Origin: a virus
Length of the DNA: 43,013 bases
Strand: one strand, 5' to 3'
Virus record (IMG/VR): IMGVR_UViG_3300046733_000343
Position 1 is the stretch's first letter. Every line of letters starts with the position of its first letter. This document shows positions 33,294-42,876 of the stretch, in pieces. Both the position numbers and the translations under genes were made by a program. A model generated the notes under the pieces. It ran no database searches, had not been told where the DNA came from, and worked only from the letters and a program-made list of their open reading frames with translations.

Positions 33294-34772
33294 ATGGCTA
33301 ATTCAGTAGGTCGTATCTATAACGCTACACTAGGAGACTCCCAACTTCAGTCGGATGGGGAGCATACACTTTTCACTACGAACAGTAGCACCAGTCAGAT
33401 AATTAAAGAGGTTAAATTTAACCTTGGGGCAGGTGTACGTCTTACAGGTGCTTACCTTGAAGTAAACGGACATAATGTAGCTTCAATTTCAGACTCAGGT
33501 ACTACTCTTACAGGCGAGATTATTGTCCCCCCTAATTCTACAGTAAAGCTAAAAGCACCTAGTACTTACCCTGTTTCTTTCTTTAAAGAGTATGAGATGA
33601 CTGTATCAGATAGTCCTCACTATCTTTATGTAAACACACAGGTTCGAGATCAAACTACTGGGACGGTTACAACCTCCCTTACTCAAAACAAAAGTAATGG
33701 CAATACAAGTAGCTCGAATGCTCAACAGTACATAGATATAGTTGACGCAAGAGGTTTTGCTCGGCGGGTCCCCGGTTCAGGTAGTTCTCTTTATCAACCA
33801 TTTTATTGGATGAGTGCAGTATACCATGACTCTAACTCAGTACAAAAGATAAATAGACACACAGCTCAAAACTATGGCGAAGGTCACTCGGGCTCCTACC
33901 CTATTCCTATTGAGACGGGGGCGAATGGTAGCTACAGGGGCTTTGCTTTTGATAGAGATATAAATCGCTCAATGTTTACCAATCCCTTGTCTGCGTCTAA
34001 CGGTGGACCGGAGCCAGTTCTAAACACAATAGACCAGCACTCAAATACATTTCAAGTAAGGGGTAGTCTTAACTATGGAGAGAACTCCCCCCAAAACTTC
34101 ACCAAGTGGAACGGCGTTGCAGGTTCAAGCCCAGCAACCGCTCAAGGCAATTTTAGCCCGTCCCTGACTAGCTCTTGGCCTCGGGCACACTGTATTGGTG
34201 ATTGGTACTTTTGGATACCTCATAGCGGCTATGGCAATCAAGTATACGGAGTTAGTCTCAAAACGGGGCAAATGTTTAACTTCAACGGTATGTCTAATTG
34301 GAATACTTCTGGTAGCACCGATTTTACTGTCTCAATTGACACCGCCAATGATAAGTTAGTTTTCTGGCGTCCCACTGGTGCTTCTTCAATAATTCGATCA
34401 ACGTCAAGTGATACCATTACTGATCTTGAGTCATCGACTCCGGGTGGAGTTTCCAGCAAGAGCGTTTCAAATACGACTGTATCTTTTCCTGGCGGAAACT
34501 ATGCCACAAACAATTTTGCTATGTGTCAACTGTCTGATCGCATGGACGGTGGATTCTGCTATAGAAACTCTAACGGCGCTCTTGTTTCCTGCGATTATGA
34601 TGGCAATGCATTGTACACTCACTCCACATTTGCAGGAATAGATAACATTACACCCTATAACGGCGGCTTATGGAAACGCACTATGGGTAAAATGAGCGCC
34701 GCCGAAATTAGCAGTGCCGGAATAAGTCAGCCTACTTTTGAAATCAGTGTATTCGGGTACACGGCAAGCTAA
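33294..34772 (+). CDS. Receptor-binding / tail-spike-like protein, paralogue A
   Basis: 492 aa, rich in Ser/Thr/Asn/Tyr/Gly. It shares DGEHTL, YLE(V/L).G.N, L.G..I..P.S..KLK, HD.NSVQ and P.SGY blocks with the next ORF. Confidence 0.5.
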   Translation: MANSVGRIYNATLGDSQLQSDGEHTLFTTNSSTSQIIKEVKFNLGAGVRLTGAYLEVNGHNVASISDSGTTLTGEIIVPPNSTVKLKAPSTYPVSFFKEYEMTVSDSPHYLYVNTQVRDQTTGTVTTSLTQNKSNGNTSSSNAQQYIDIVDARGFARRVPGSGSSLYQPFYWMSAVYHDSNSVQKINRHTAQNYGEGHSGSYPIPIETGANGSYRGFAFDRDINRSMFTNPLSASNGGPEPVLNTIDQHSNTFQVRGSLNYGENSPQNFTKWNGVAGSSPATAQGNFSPSLTSSWPRAHCIGDWYFWIPHSGYGNQVYGVSLKTGQMFNFNGMSNWNTSGSTDFTVSIDTANDKLVFWRPTGASSIIRSTSSDTITDLESSTPGGVSSKSVSNTTVSFPGGNYATNNFAMCQLSDRMDGGFCYRNSNGALVSCDYDGNALYTHSTFAGIDNITPYNGGLWKRTMGKMSAAEISSAGISQPTFEISVFGYTAS

Positions 34773-34782
34773 GGATAAAAAT

Positions 34783-36225
34783 ATGGCAGAGGCATTTAAA
34801 AAGCTGTTTGACAGTACTTTAAACGAAAACAATCTAAACGATGGTGAGCATACGCTATTAAGCGGTGGCAATAATAAAGTTATAAAAAGTATTAGCGTAA
34901 CCTCACCTGATATTGCACTAAAGAATACTTATCTTGAGTTGGACGGTGTAAACATCGGAGGCGTCAAGGTAGATGCAGGAGGTACTGCAACTTTAGAAGG
35001 GTATCAAATTCTAGCACCGACTTCGGTACTTAAATTGAAAACTAAAGACTTTCCTATAGTAGCCGAAAAAGTAATTGGCGTCTGTAATGACGGAACAAAC
35101 CTTCGTTATTACTCCTACATAGAGGATTCTTCTGGTAACGCAGTTAATACTTCAAACTCATCTCTAGAATTTCAATGGGAATCCTATGATACTGTTGGGT
35201 CTTTGTCTTACTCAGGCCAAGCTATTGATCTGATCTGGACGGGGCAGGCCGCAAACGGGACAAATAACATTTCCTACATTGCACATGATGATAACTCTGT
35301 ACAAACTTACTATATAACCCGAGCACTAGAAACTGGAGGGACGTATTCATATAGCCCTGCTCAAGGCTACCAAATGACTTATCAAAACTATAAGACTTTT
35401 GGCTTTCGTGACTTTAGAAAGGAAGTCTCAGCATCAGGCGCCGGACCAAGCCGTTCTGTTTCCTACACCAGGTTTTTCCATATGAATGGTTCGACTTTTC
35501 AGCAACATGATCCTTATAATTCCCCTAATACTTATAACGTGACTACCCACACAGCAAGCCCTTGGTGGACTACTTCCTCCCACCCTTCTCCACACCCTAC
35601 TTCCTCGTACCCCAGGGGTGGTGTGTACCACGATATGTATTGTTACATGCCTAGTAGCGGCTACTCTGGCTCGATATACATCAAGAATACTATCACTGGT
35701 GCATTCTATGAGGCACATCTACCAGTTGCTCTGCAATTTACCCACGGTAGTTTTGTATTGTCAGTAGATCACTCAAACGATGCTTGGTATGTGTACTACC
35801 ATAGTGCAAATAATACTCTTCACCAGCTTAAAGCCCCGTGGTCTTGGTCCGAAATGTTAGGTAGTACTGGAGCAGCAGCCCCTTCTGCCTCAAATACTAG
35901 AAAGCAAATAGCTTCTTCTGGCTGGGCGGAAACAAATAGCATTTCAGCGCCAGGACTGTATCAAAACTTTCATGGAGGGCAACTCGGTTACACAGCCACT
36001 GGTGGTGTTCGGTACAGAGATTCAAGCAATAAAATGTATACTTTAGATGTAACAGGTAGTCTGAAATATTCATATTCTGTAGATCCTAGATTTGGAAATA
36101 AGGGAGGTTCCTCTGGAATGCTTTGGCGTCACTACGGACATCCTATTCCTACCTCTGTAGCAAGCGCAGCGGGTCTAAATTCCGCAGATGTAAAAGTAAC
36201 AATCACCGGAATAGAACAAACATAA
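34783..36225 (+). CDS. Receptor-binding / tail-spike-like protein, paralogue B
   Basis: ATG at 34783 with AAGGA RBS. 480 aa, paralogous to 33294-34772. Confidence 0.5.
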   Translation: MAEAFKKLFDSTLNENNLNDGEHTLLSGGNNKVIKSISVTSPDIALKNTYLELDGVNIGGVKVDAGGTATLEGYQILAPTSVLKLKTKDFPIVAEKVIGVCNDGTNLRYYSYIEDSSGNAVNTSNSSLEFQWESYDTVGSLSYSGQAIDLIWTGQAANGTNNISYIAHDDNSVQTYYITRALETGGTYSYSPAQGYQMTYQNYKTFGFRDFRKEVSASGAGPSRSVSYTRFFHMNGSTFQQHDPYNSPNTYNVTTHTASPWWTTSSHPSPHPTSSYPRGGVYHDMYCYMPSSGYSGSIYIKNTITGAFYEAHLPVALQFTHGSFVLSVDHSNDAWYVYYHSANNTLHQLKAPWSWSEMLGSTGAAAPSASNTRKQIASSGWAETNSISAPGLYQNFHGGQLGYTATGGVRYRDSSNKMYTLDVTGSLKYSYSVDPRFGNKGGSSGMLWRHYGHPIPTSVASAAGLNSADVKVTITGIEQT

Positions 36226-36238
36226 TAAGGAGGCTATA

Positions 36239-36514
36239 ATGGCTTTATCATCAGGAAGTGGCGGCGGCATCACAATAGCTAAACAGGTAAGTGGTAATGT
36301 AGTGCTATATACGGTCCCGGAAGGGAAAACTTTTGAAGGGCATCTGTGGAATAACAGTAGTACGGGACCCGGTTGGATTAACGGGCAGCAACTGCGCTGG
36401 CCCTATAGCAGCAGCTATTTTGCACAAACCTATTTACCTATCACCTTAACCGGGGGTGATGAAGTTAAAGGTGATCCAAGCGGGGACACTTGCATCGTAG
36501 GGGTTGAAAAGTAA
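36239..36514 (+). CDS. Hypothetical small fibre-module protein (91 aa)
   Basis: AAGGAGG RBS. The stop is coupled to the next start (TAATG). Confidence 0.55.
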   Translation: MALSSGSGGGITIAKQVSGNVVLYTVPEGKTFEGHLWNNSSTGPGWINGQQLRWPYSSSYFAQTYLPITLTGGDEVKGDPSGDTCIVGVEK

Positions 36515-37029
36515 TGCACGAGTATCAATTAACCATACATGATGACTTGACTTCTACTTTGGTTTTTGGCTCCCAATCACCAGAGGAGGTAACTGATAGC
36601 GATAGCGACTTCACGCCTAATACGTTTGTTGCAAGCAGTCACATCAAGATTCCTAACTTTGATTTCTTATCAATGACTTCACCTGTTTTTAGATTTACTA
36701 CAGAAGAAATGGTTGAAGCATTTGTGATAGGGAATCAGAATCTTTTAAAATCTGAATCTAAGGGTGCGTTGTCTATCCCAACGACTCCAGATGAAGAAGC
36801 TGTGGAGGTTGCCCCTGAATTTCCAGAGATCATTGAAACTCAAGCAAACATTACCAGAAGCAAGCGGAACGTGCTTTTGATGGAATGTGATTGGACGCAG
36901 GCGTCTGACACTCCGCTATCAGATGAGGTAAAAGCTTTATGGGCTACATACAGAACAAGCCTTAGAGACCTATCTGGCAGTAGTAACTGGCCTTTTCTTG
37001 AAGAGGCTGATTGGCCTACTAAACCTTAA
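36514..37029 (+). CDS. Tail-fibre assembly chaperone-like protein
   Basis: The C-terminal KRNVLLMECDWTQASDTPLSDEVKALWATYRTSLRDLSGSSNWPFLEEADWPTKP matches the remembered phage fibre-chaperone pattern (R..LL..DW....D.PL....W..YR..LRD....WP). Confidence 0.5.
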   Translation: MHEYQLTIHDDLTSTLVFGSQSPEEVTDSDSDFTPNTFVASSHIKIPNFDFLSMTSPVFRFTTEEMVEAFVIGNQNLLKSESKGALSIPTTPDEEAVEVAPEFPEIIETQANITRSKRNVLLMECDWTQASDTPLSDEVKALWATYRTSLRDLSGSSNWPFLEEADWPTKP

Positions 37030-37064
37030 GTGTCGATTGATACGGTAAACAGAAAGACTGATAA

Positions 37065-37259
37065 ATGGACAAACGTACAGTATCATCCGCGCATGAACGG
37101 ATCGACGGCCTTGAGAAAGAGGTGATCGCTATAAAGACTGAGGTAAAAATCCAGTTTAAGGATTTGTTTGGTCGCGTGAAGCGTATGGAAAGCATTATGA
37201 TTGCAGCAACGGCGTCTATTATTGGGCTTTTAGTCGCCGTGTTGACAAAGATGGGCTGA
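37065..37259 (+). CDS. Small tail-anchored membrane protein (64 aa)
   Basis: Coiled N-terminal part and a C-terminal TM helix, IMIAATASIIGLLVAVL. Confidence 0.5.
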   Translation: MDKRTVSSAHERIDGLEKEVIAIKTEVKIQFKDLFGRVKRMESIMIAATASIIGLLVAVLTKMG

Positions 37260-37263
37260 AATT

Positions 37264-37740
37264 GTGGACCCGGTAAGCATCACCTTGATGGCTACTGGCG
37301 CTTACAAGACGCTCCGGGCTGGCCTTGATACTTACAAGGACATTTCCGAGATGGGGCAGTCTTTAGCAACCTGGGGTAAGGCGTGTGCCGACTTTAACCA
37401 CCTCGAGGAGCGGCAAAAGAACCCTCCTTTCTGGCAAAAAACATTCAAGGGGTCAGACGAAGAGACGGCAATTTTGATTTGGTCAAAAAAAGAAGAGCTT
37501 TCTCGAATGAGAAACGAATTGAAAGATTACATTTCATGGCATTACGGGCCAAAAAAATGGGAGGAAGTGCTAGGTATTGAGGCTCAAATGCGCAAACAGC
37601 GCAAAGATGAAATCTACCGCAAGCAAGCTCAAATAGATGCTGTGATTAACTTTGCTATCGGAACTGTGATTTTTGCAATTAGTGGGGGCGCTTTGTTTTT
37701 GTTTTTCTACTTCTGGGGCCAAAATCAGGGGCGTTGGTGA
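37264..37740 (+). CDS. Membrane-anchored protein (158 aa; C-terminal TM)
   Basis: GTG start (alternative ATG at 37288). C-terminal TM helix VINFAIGTVIFAISGGALFLFFYFW. Confidence 0.5.
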   Translation: MDPVSITLMATGAYKTLRAGLDTYKDISEMGQSLATWGKACADFNHLEERQKNPPFWQKTFKGSDEETAILIWSKKEELSRMRNELKDYISWHYGPKKWEEVLGIEAQMRKQRKDEIYRKQAQIDAVINFAIGTVIFAISGGALFLFFYFWGQNQGRW

Positions 37741-37904
37741 TGTGGTTTTTAGTCTGGTTTCAGGTCATGAATAACAACATTGAGCACTATCAACTTAATC
37801 AGTTCACAACTGAGAACGAGTGCAAAGAAGCTCTTGAGGATGCGAAAGTCTTAATAACCACCAGCCAAACGACGGTGTATTGTTTTGAGGTTATACCGGA
37901 ATAA
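37740..37904 (+). CDS. Small hypothetical protein (54 aa)
   Basis: TGATG coupling. Hand-translated as MWFLVWFQVMNNNIEHYQLNQFTTENECKEALEDAKVLITTSQTTVYCFEVIPE. Confidence 0.35.
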   Translation: MWFLVWFQVMNNNIEHYQLNQFTTENECKEALEDAKVLITTSQTTVYCFEVIPE

Positions 37905-38000
37905 ACGAGGGGATTACATTGTGTATGACGAGGATATGAGAGTTGTGATTATCACCCACCACAAACGTTATGCCATTGAGTATGCTAGGAGTTTGAAAAA

Positions 38001-38300
38001 ATGACTGAATATGATCTGAACAAGAACGGTAAGATTGACGCCGACGAGCGCGAGTTGATGCTTGAGGATCGTCGTTTGCGCATGGAAGATGCAGATCACA
38101 AGCGCGATGCTAAACTCCGGATGACGTGGTTCGCTTTGTTTGGTTTGTTGATTTATCCGGTCGGCATCGTTGCGGCAGATATGTGGGGATACGACACCAC
38201 AGGGCAACTTCTTGCTGACATCGCACCTACATACTTCATAGCCATTTCTGGGTTGGTTGCGGCTTTCTTTGGGTTCAGCGCAATGGGAGATAAGAAATGA
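38001..38300 (+). CDS. Two-TM membrane protein with N-terminal EF-hand-like loop (holin/antiholin candidate)
   Basis: AGGAG RBS. DLNKNGKIDADE (38013-38048), then hydrophobic helices WFALFGLLIYPVGIVAA and YFIAISGLVAAFFGF. Confidence 0.55.
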   Translation: MTEYDLNKNGKIDADERELMLEDRRLRMEDADHKRDAKLRMTWFALFGLLIYPVGIVAADMWGYDTTGQLLADIAPTYFIAISGLVAAFFGFSAMGDKK

Positions 38301-38692
38301 TGAACTTATTAACTTCAGCACTTGGTCCGGTAGCTAATCTTGCTGGCTCTTGGCTCCAGGGAAAAGCCGATAGAAACGCGGCAGCCGGCCAGTTGAAGCT
38401 GGTTGAAGCTAAAAGCAAAGCAAAGATACTATTATCCAAAGAGACATCCACTGCCGATTGGGAGCGGATTATGGCTGAAGGTACGCAGTCATCGATCAAG
38501 GACGAGGTGGTAACTTTTGCCGTCCTTATACCCGTCATTCTGTGCTTCATACCTGGGATGGAAGAAACAGTGAAGAACGGCTTCGACCGCCTTTCTGAGC
38601 TGCCTGAGTGGTACACATGGCTAGTCTTCACTGTATGCACAGCAGCGGTTGGCATTCGAGGTGGCAAGCAATTTTTCGGAGGTAAAAAATGA
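38297..38692 (+). CDS. Putative holin (multi-TM) immediately upstream of the endolysin
   Basis: ATGA couplings on both sides. Hydrophobic segments VVTFAVLIPVILCFIP and WYTWLVFTVCTAAVGI. Confidence 0.5.
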   Translation: MMNLLTSALGPVANLAGSWLQGKADRNAAAGQLKLVEAKSKAKILLSKETSTADWERIMAEGTQSSIKDEVVTFAVLIPVILCFIPGMEETVKNGFDRLSELPEWYTWLVFTVCTAAVGIRGGKQFFGGKK

Positions 38693-39234
38693 AAGAGAAC
38701 TGGGAAACGTTTTTTGAAATGCTGATAAAGCATGAGGGTGGCTTTACTGACGATCAGCGCGACAAGGGTAACAGCAAGGGTGACGGCCACGGCAACGAAG
38801 GCAGCACAATGCTTGGTGTTACTTCGTGGAACTGGGCGAAATATACCGGCAAGCCTGCACCGAAAGAAGTGATGCGTAAGCTGACCGTCGATGATGTTAA
38901 GCCTCTTTACAAAAAGAACTACTGGGATGCGGTTAAGGCAGATGATCTCCCTTCTGGTGTGGACGTAAGCTGCGCCGACCTTTGTGTTAACGCCGGACCA
39001 GGCCGCGCCGCCAAGATTTTGCAGCGTTCAGTGTCAGCAACGGCTGATGGTGCTATCGGACCTAAAACTATTGCAGCGGTGTATGACTTTGATCCTGTGG
39101 ACGTTCTTCACAAATATTATGATGGTCGTGAGGCGTTTTATCGCTCTCTCGACGATTATAAAATTTACGGAAAGGGCTGGAGTAGGCGCAATACTGAAAC
39201 TCTGGAAAAGGCGTTGGATTTAGCCAATGAGTGA
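38689..39234 (+). CDS. Endolysin, GH108-type muramidase with PG_binding_3-like C-terminal domain
   Basis: FEMLIKHEGGFTDDQRDKGN (GH108 catalytic-region pattern EGG..D...D.G) and VNAGPGRAAKILQRSVSATADGAIGPKTIAAV (peptidoglycan-binding pattern). Confidence 0.8.
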   Translation: MKENWETFFEMLIKHEGGFTDDQRDKGNSKGDGHGNEGSTMLGVTSWNWAKYTGKPAPKEVMRKLTVDDVKPLYKKNYWDAVKADDLPSGVDVSCADLCVNAGPGRAAKILQRSVSATADGAIGPKTIAAVYDFDPVDVLHKYYDGREAFYRSLDDYKIYGKGWSRRNTETLEKALDLANE

Positions 39235-40807
39235 AAACAAGCGTTTTGACGAGCTAGATAAAAAGATTGCATCGGCGCGCAGGCTTAAAAAAGCTATTGA
39301 GTGCCGGACTAGCTTTGTCGATTTTGTTAAGTACACGATGCCTGATGCTGATGATCCAGAGAACATTGACGAAAGCATGTTTAAAGACGCCAAGCACCAT
39401 AGAGCGTTGGCAAAAGTGCTAGAGAAGGTAGAGAAGGGCCACATTCCGCGTTTAATCGTATCTATGCCGCCCAGGCACGGTAAATCGGAGTTAGTTTCGC
39501 GTCGTTTCGTGCCTTGGGTGCAGGGTCGTGACCCGTACCGCAATGTGATCTTTGCTACCTATAACGAAGACTTTGCGAAAGACTTTGGTGCGGATGTCAG
39601 AAATATTATGACGTTGCCGCAATACAAGCATGTTTTCCCGAGCTTTGGGTTGCGCAAGGGCGGTGCATCGAAGTCGAGGATACAAACAACGTCTGGCGGC
39701 ATGTCGGTGTTTGTTGGTCGAGGTGGTTCGATCACTGGCCGTGGCGGCGATTTTGTTATTCTTGACGATCCGATTAAGGATAGCCTGGAGGCTAACAGCC
39801 CGACGTTGCGAGAACAGTTGTGGCAGTGGTTCACGCAAGTGTTGATGACGCGCCTTATGACAGCATCAGCATCTATTGTTATCGTTCAGACGCGCTGGCA
39901 TGAGGATGATCTTATTGGTCGTCTTACGGACCCCACGAACCCGCATTACAGCTCCGAGGAGGCTGCAAAGTGGAAGATTATTAACCTACCCGCCTTGGCG
40001 GAAGATGAAGACACTCTCGGCCGCAAGCCGGGTGAACTGTTGTGGCCCGAGCGGTTTGATATGGAGTTTATGGAAGCGCAACGGCGTCTTGATCCGCGTG
40101 GCTTCAGTGCTTTGTATCAAGGCAGGCCGACAGCGGAAGACGGTGATTTGTTTCGGCGCGAAAACATCAAATACTTTAATCGCAAAGACGTTCCAGACGA
40201 CATGCGTATTTACGCTGCTTCAGATCATGCTGTTGGGGTTGATAAGACGCGCAACGACGCGACGTGTTTGTTGATCGTCGGTGTAGACAGAAACGATGAC
40301 ATATTCTTGTTGGATTGCTGGTGGGAAAAGCGAACTACAGACAAGGTCGTGGACGCCATGTTGGAGCTGATGCGCAAGTGGAAGCCCCTAATATGGTGGG
40401 CTGAAAAGGGCCATATATCCAAGGCTATTGGTCCGTTTTTGCGCAAGCGTATGGGTGAGGAAAAGGTTTACTGCCGGATTGAGGAAGTCACGCCAGTAGC
40501 GAACAAGGTTCAGCGCGCACAGTCTATACTGGGCCGTATGGCTATGAATAAGGTATTGTTCCCGCGTCAATCTGTGTGGACTCAAAAGGCAACTGACGAG
40601 CTTTTAAAGTTTCCCAATGGGCGAAATGACGACTTTGTAGACACCCTTGCTTGGGTGGGAATGGGCTTGGCTCGACTAACCACCCCTGGAGGTGGTATAG
40701 TGAAGTCAGATAGCCGTCCAAAAGTCGGTACGCTAGCGTGGGTTAAGTGGGATTCTGCGCAACGCCGTAAGCAACAATTTTTGGAAAACAAGACTGGTGG
40801 TTGGTAA
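39227..40807 (+). CDS. terL: Terminase large subunit
   Basis: Walker A-like MPPRHGKSELVSRRF, Walker B-like FVILDDPIKD, coupling motif QTRWHEDDL, and a C-terminal nuclease region (IYAASDHAV...). It is followed directly by the portal gene. Confidence 0.85.
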   Translation: MSENKRFDELDKKIASARRLKKAIECRTSFVDFVKYTMPDADDPENIDESMFKDAKHHRALAKVLEKVEKGHIPRLIVSMPPRHGKSELVSRRFVPWVQGRDPYRNVIFATYNEDFAKDFGADVRNIMTLPQYKHVFPSFGLRKGGASKSRIQTTSGGMSVFVGRGGSITGRGGDFVILDDPIKDSLEANSPTLREQLWQWFTQVLMTRLMTASASIVIVQTRWHEDDLIGRLTDPTNPHYSSEEAAKWKIINLPALAEDEDTLGRKPGELLWPERFDMEFMEAQRRLDPRGFSALYQGRPTAEDGDLFRRENIKYFNRKDVPDDMRIYAASDHAVGVDKTRNDATCLLIVGVDRNDDIFLLDCWWEKRTTDKVVDAMLELMRKWKPLIWWAEKGHISKAIGPFLRKRMGEEKVYCRIEEVTPVANKVQRAQSILGRMAMNKVLFPRQSVWTQKATDELLKFPNGRNDDFVDTLAWVGMGLARLTTPGGGIVKSDSRPKVGTLAWVKWDSAQRRKQQFLENKTGGW

Positions 40808-42876
40808 TGAACGAAGAAATGATGATAGATACGGCAGACGAAGAGCGGCAAGAGCCTACACAACGCCGTAGTGCGTTAGTCAGTCAGTGGCTGGCAAAGG
40901 TCAAACACGCTAAAAAGTTTCACGAAAAGTCGTTCAAGCAGATGCGAACCGACATGGACGCCGTTCTTAATGGCTATGACGCAAAGAACTGGTCTGGTGA
41001 TAACTATGTTGCCAATATCTTGCAGCGCCATGTTCAACAGCGCACAGCCGCTTTGTATGCTAAAAACCCCAAGGCGGTAGCCAAGCGGCGCAACCGTATG
41101 TCCTATGAGGTTTGGGATGGCGATGCTGAAACATTGGCTCAGGCGTTTATGGCCTCTGAGGCGTCGTCGCAAAACGGATTACCTGTGCCGCCAGAAGCCT
41201 CGATGATTATTCAAGACTACATGAATGGCAAGAACGAGAGCAAGATGCTCGATAACGTCGCAAAGACGCTCGAAAATCTCTTTGACTACTACATGAAAGA
41301 ACAGCAACCAGCGTTCAAGGCGCAAATGAAAGCGCTGGTACGCCGCGTTATTACTACTGGTGTCGGCTTTGTGAAGGTTGGCTTTCAGCGTGACGTTGAT
41401 AGGGCGCCGGAAGTTGCGGCCAGAATTGCTGACGTACAGGCTCAAGTAGATTTTCTTCGCCGCGTAGCCCAAGAGGCCGAGAAGGGCGAAATCCAAAAGG
41501 ATGACCCAGAGATCGAAGAGCTTATGCTTTCGATGCAGACGCTACTTGAAGAGCCTATGGTAACTATTCGCGAAGGCTTGGTGTTTGACTTCCCAGAGGC
41601 TAATTCAATCATCATAGACCCTCGATGCCGTCAGCTGCGCGGGTTCGTTGGTGCGGAATGGATTGCCCACGAAATGTATTTAACGCCAGACGAAGTAAAA
41701 GAGATTTACGACGTCGATCTTAAAGACAAGTATCGCACATATGATATGAAGGGCCGGTCAACTGGCCCATACGATGAATACCGTCAGCGATCTTCGTATG
41801 ACGATATTAACGGTGAAGGCGCGCCTGATGGTCTGGTTCAAATCTTTGAGGTGTATGACCGCAAGACTGGCGTTCAGTATTGCCTTGCCGATGGTCACAA
41901 TGACTTCTTGCGTGAACCTATGGGGCCAGACGTAAAAGTCGAAACATTCTGGCCTATCTTCTCGTTGGTGTTCAATGAGATCGAGCATAAAGATCATCTA
42001 TATCCCCCATCAGACATCAGCCTTTTGATGCCTATGCAGCACGAATACAATCGGGCAAGGCAGGGTTTGCGTGAGCATAGACGCGCCAATCGTCCTAAGT
42101 ATGCAGCACCGGCTGGTGTTCTTGAGGATGTGGATAAGGAAAAGCTGGCTACGCACCCAGCAAACGCTGTTATCGAACTACAAGCCCTTGCAGCTGGTCA
42201 GAAGGTCAATGACGTTATTCAGCCGATAGGTCAGATTGGTATTGATCCGAACCTCTACGAAGTACGCACTATATTTGACGACATCCAGCTTGTTGTCGGC
42301 GCGCAAGAGGCTCAGTTTGGTGGGCTGTCCCGCGCTACGGCGACAGAGACATCGATTGCCGAAAGCGCGCGTATGTCAACGATGGGCGCAAATGTTGACG
42401 AGCTAGACAGCTTTATGTCGGAAATGACGCGCGCTGCCGGTCAAGTTGTTTTGGCTAATCTGTCTGTCGATGAAGTTAAGAAGATTGTTGGCCCCGGTGC
42501 TGTTTGGCCGGAGATGACACGCGATCAGATTATGGAAGAGATTTATCTGGAGATCGAAGCGGGATCGACGGGTAAACCTAACCGCGCAGCCGAGCTTGCA
42601 AACATTGAGCGGATTATGCCGTTCTTGCTGCAAATACCGGGTATCGACCCGAAGTGGCTGGCTAAAGAATTGCTGAAACGCCTTGATGACAAGCTCGAAC
42701 TTGACGCAGCGTTTGCAGATAAGATTCCTAGTATTGTTGCAATGAACCAAGCGCAACAACCGGGAACTGGTGATCCAGCTTTGCAGGGTCCACCAGGAGG
42801 GGGCGCAGATAATGCGCCGAGGCAGCTTCCAGGGGGCGGGGGAGGCCCAGCGCCGATGGGAGCTAATAACCAGTAA
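40807..42876 (+). CDS. Portal protein
   Basis: 689 aa. The ATG overlaps the terL stop (TAATG). It lies between terL and the scaffold and has a Gly/Pro-rich C-terminal tail. Confidence 0.75.
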   Translation: MNEEMMIDTADEERQEPTQRRSALVSQWLAKVKHAKKFHEKSFKQMRTDMDAVLNGYDAKNWSGDNYVANILQRHVQQRTAALYAKNPKAVAKRRNRMSYEVWDGDAETLAQAFMASEASSQNGLPVPPEASMIIQDYMNGKNESKMLDNVAKTLENLFDYYMKEQQPAFKAQMKALVRRVITTGVGFVKVGFQRDVDRAPEVAARIADVQAQVDFLRRVAQEAEKGEIQKDDPEIEELMLSMQTLLEEPMVTIREGLVFDFPEANSIIIDPRCRQLRGFVGAEWIAHEMYLTPDEVKEIYDVDLKDKYRTYDMKGRSTGPYDEYRQRSSYDDINGEGAPDGLVQIFEVYDRKTGVQYCLADGHNDFLREPMGPDVKVETFWPIFSLVFNEIEHKDHLYPPSDISLLMPMQHEYNRARQGLREHRRANRPKYAAPAGVLEDVDKEKLATHPANAVIELQALAAGQKVNDVIQPIGQIGIDPNLYEVRTIFDDIQLVVGAQEAQFGGLSRATATETSIAESARMSTMGANVDELDSFMSEMTRAAGQVVLANLSVDEVKKIVGPGAVWPEMTRDQIMEEIYLEIEAGSTGKPNRAAELANIERIMPFLLQIPGIDPKWLAKELLKRLDDKLELDAAFADKIPSIVAMNQAQQPGTGDPALQGPPGGGADNAPRQLPGGGGGPAPMGANNQ

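Noticed and set aside
29899-36225. Diversity-generating retroelement acting on the fibre or receptor-binding genes
   Set aside because: No reverse-transcriptase ORF exists anywhere in the genome. No template/variable repeat pair with adenine-specific differences was seen, and the two paralogues are far too diverged to be a TR/VR pair.
38275-38790. 171-aa - strand ORF across the holin/endolysin junction
   Set aside because: It opposes three coupled + strand genes, including the endolysin with clear GH108 motifs.
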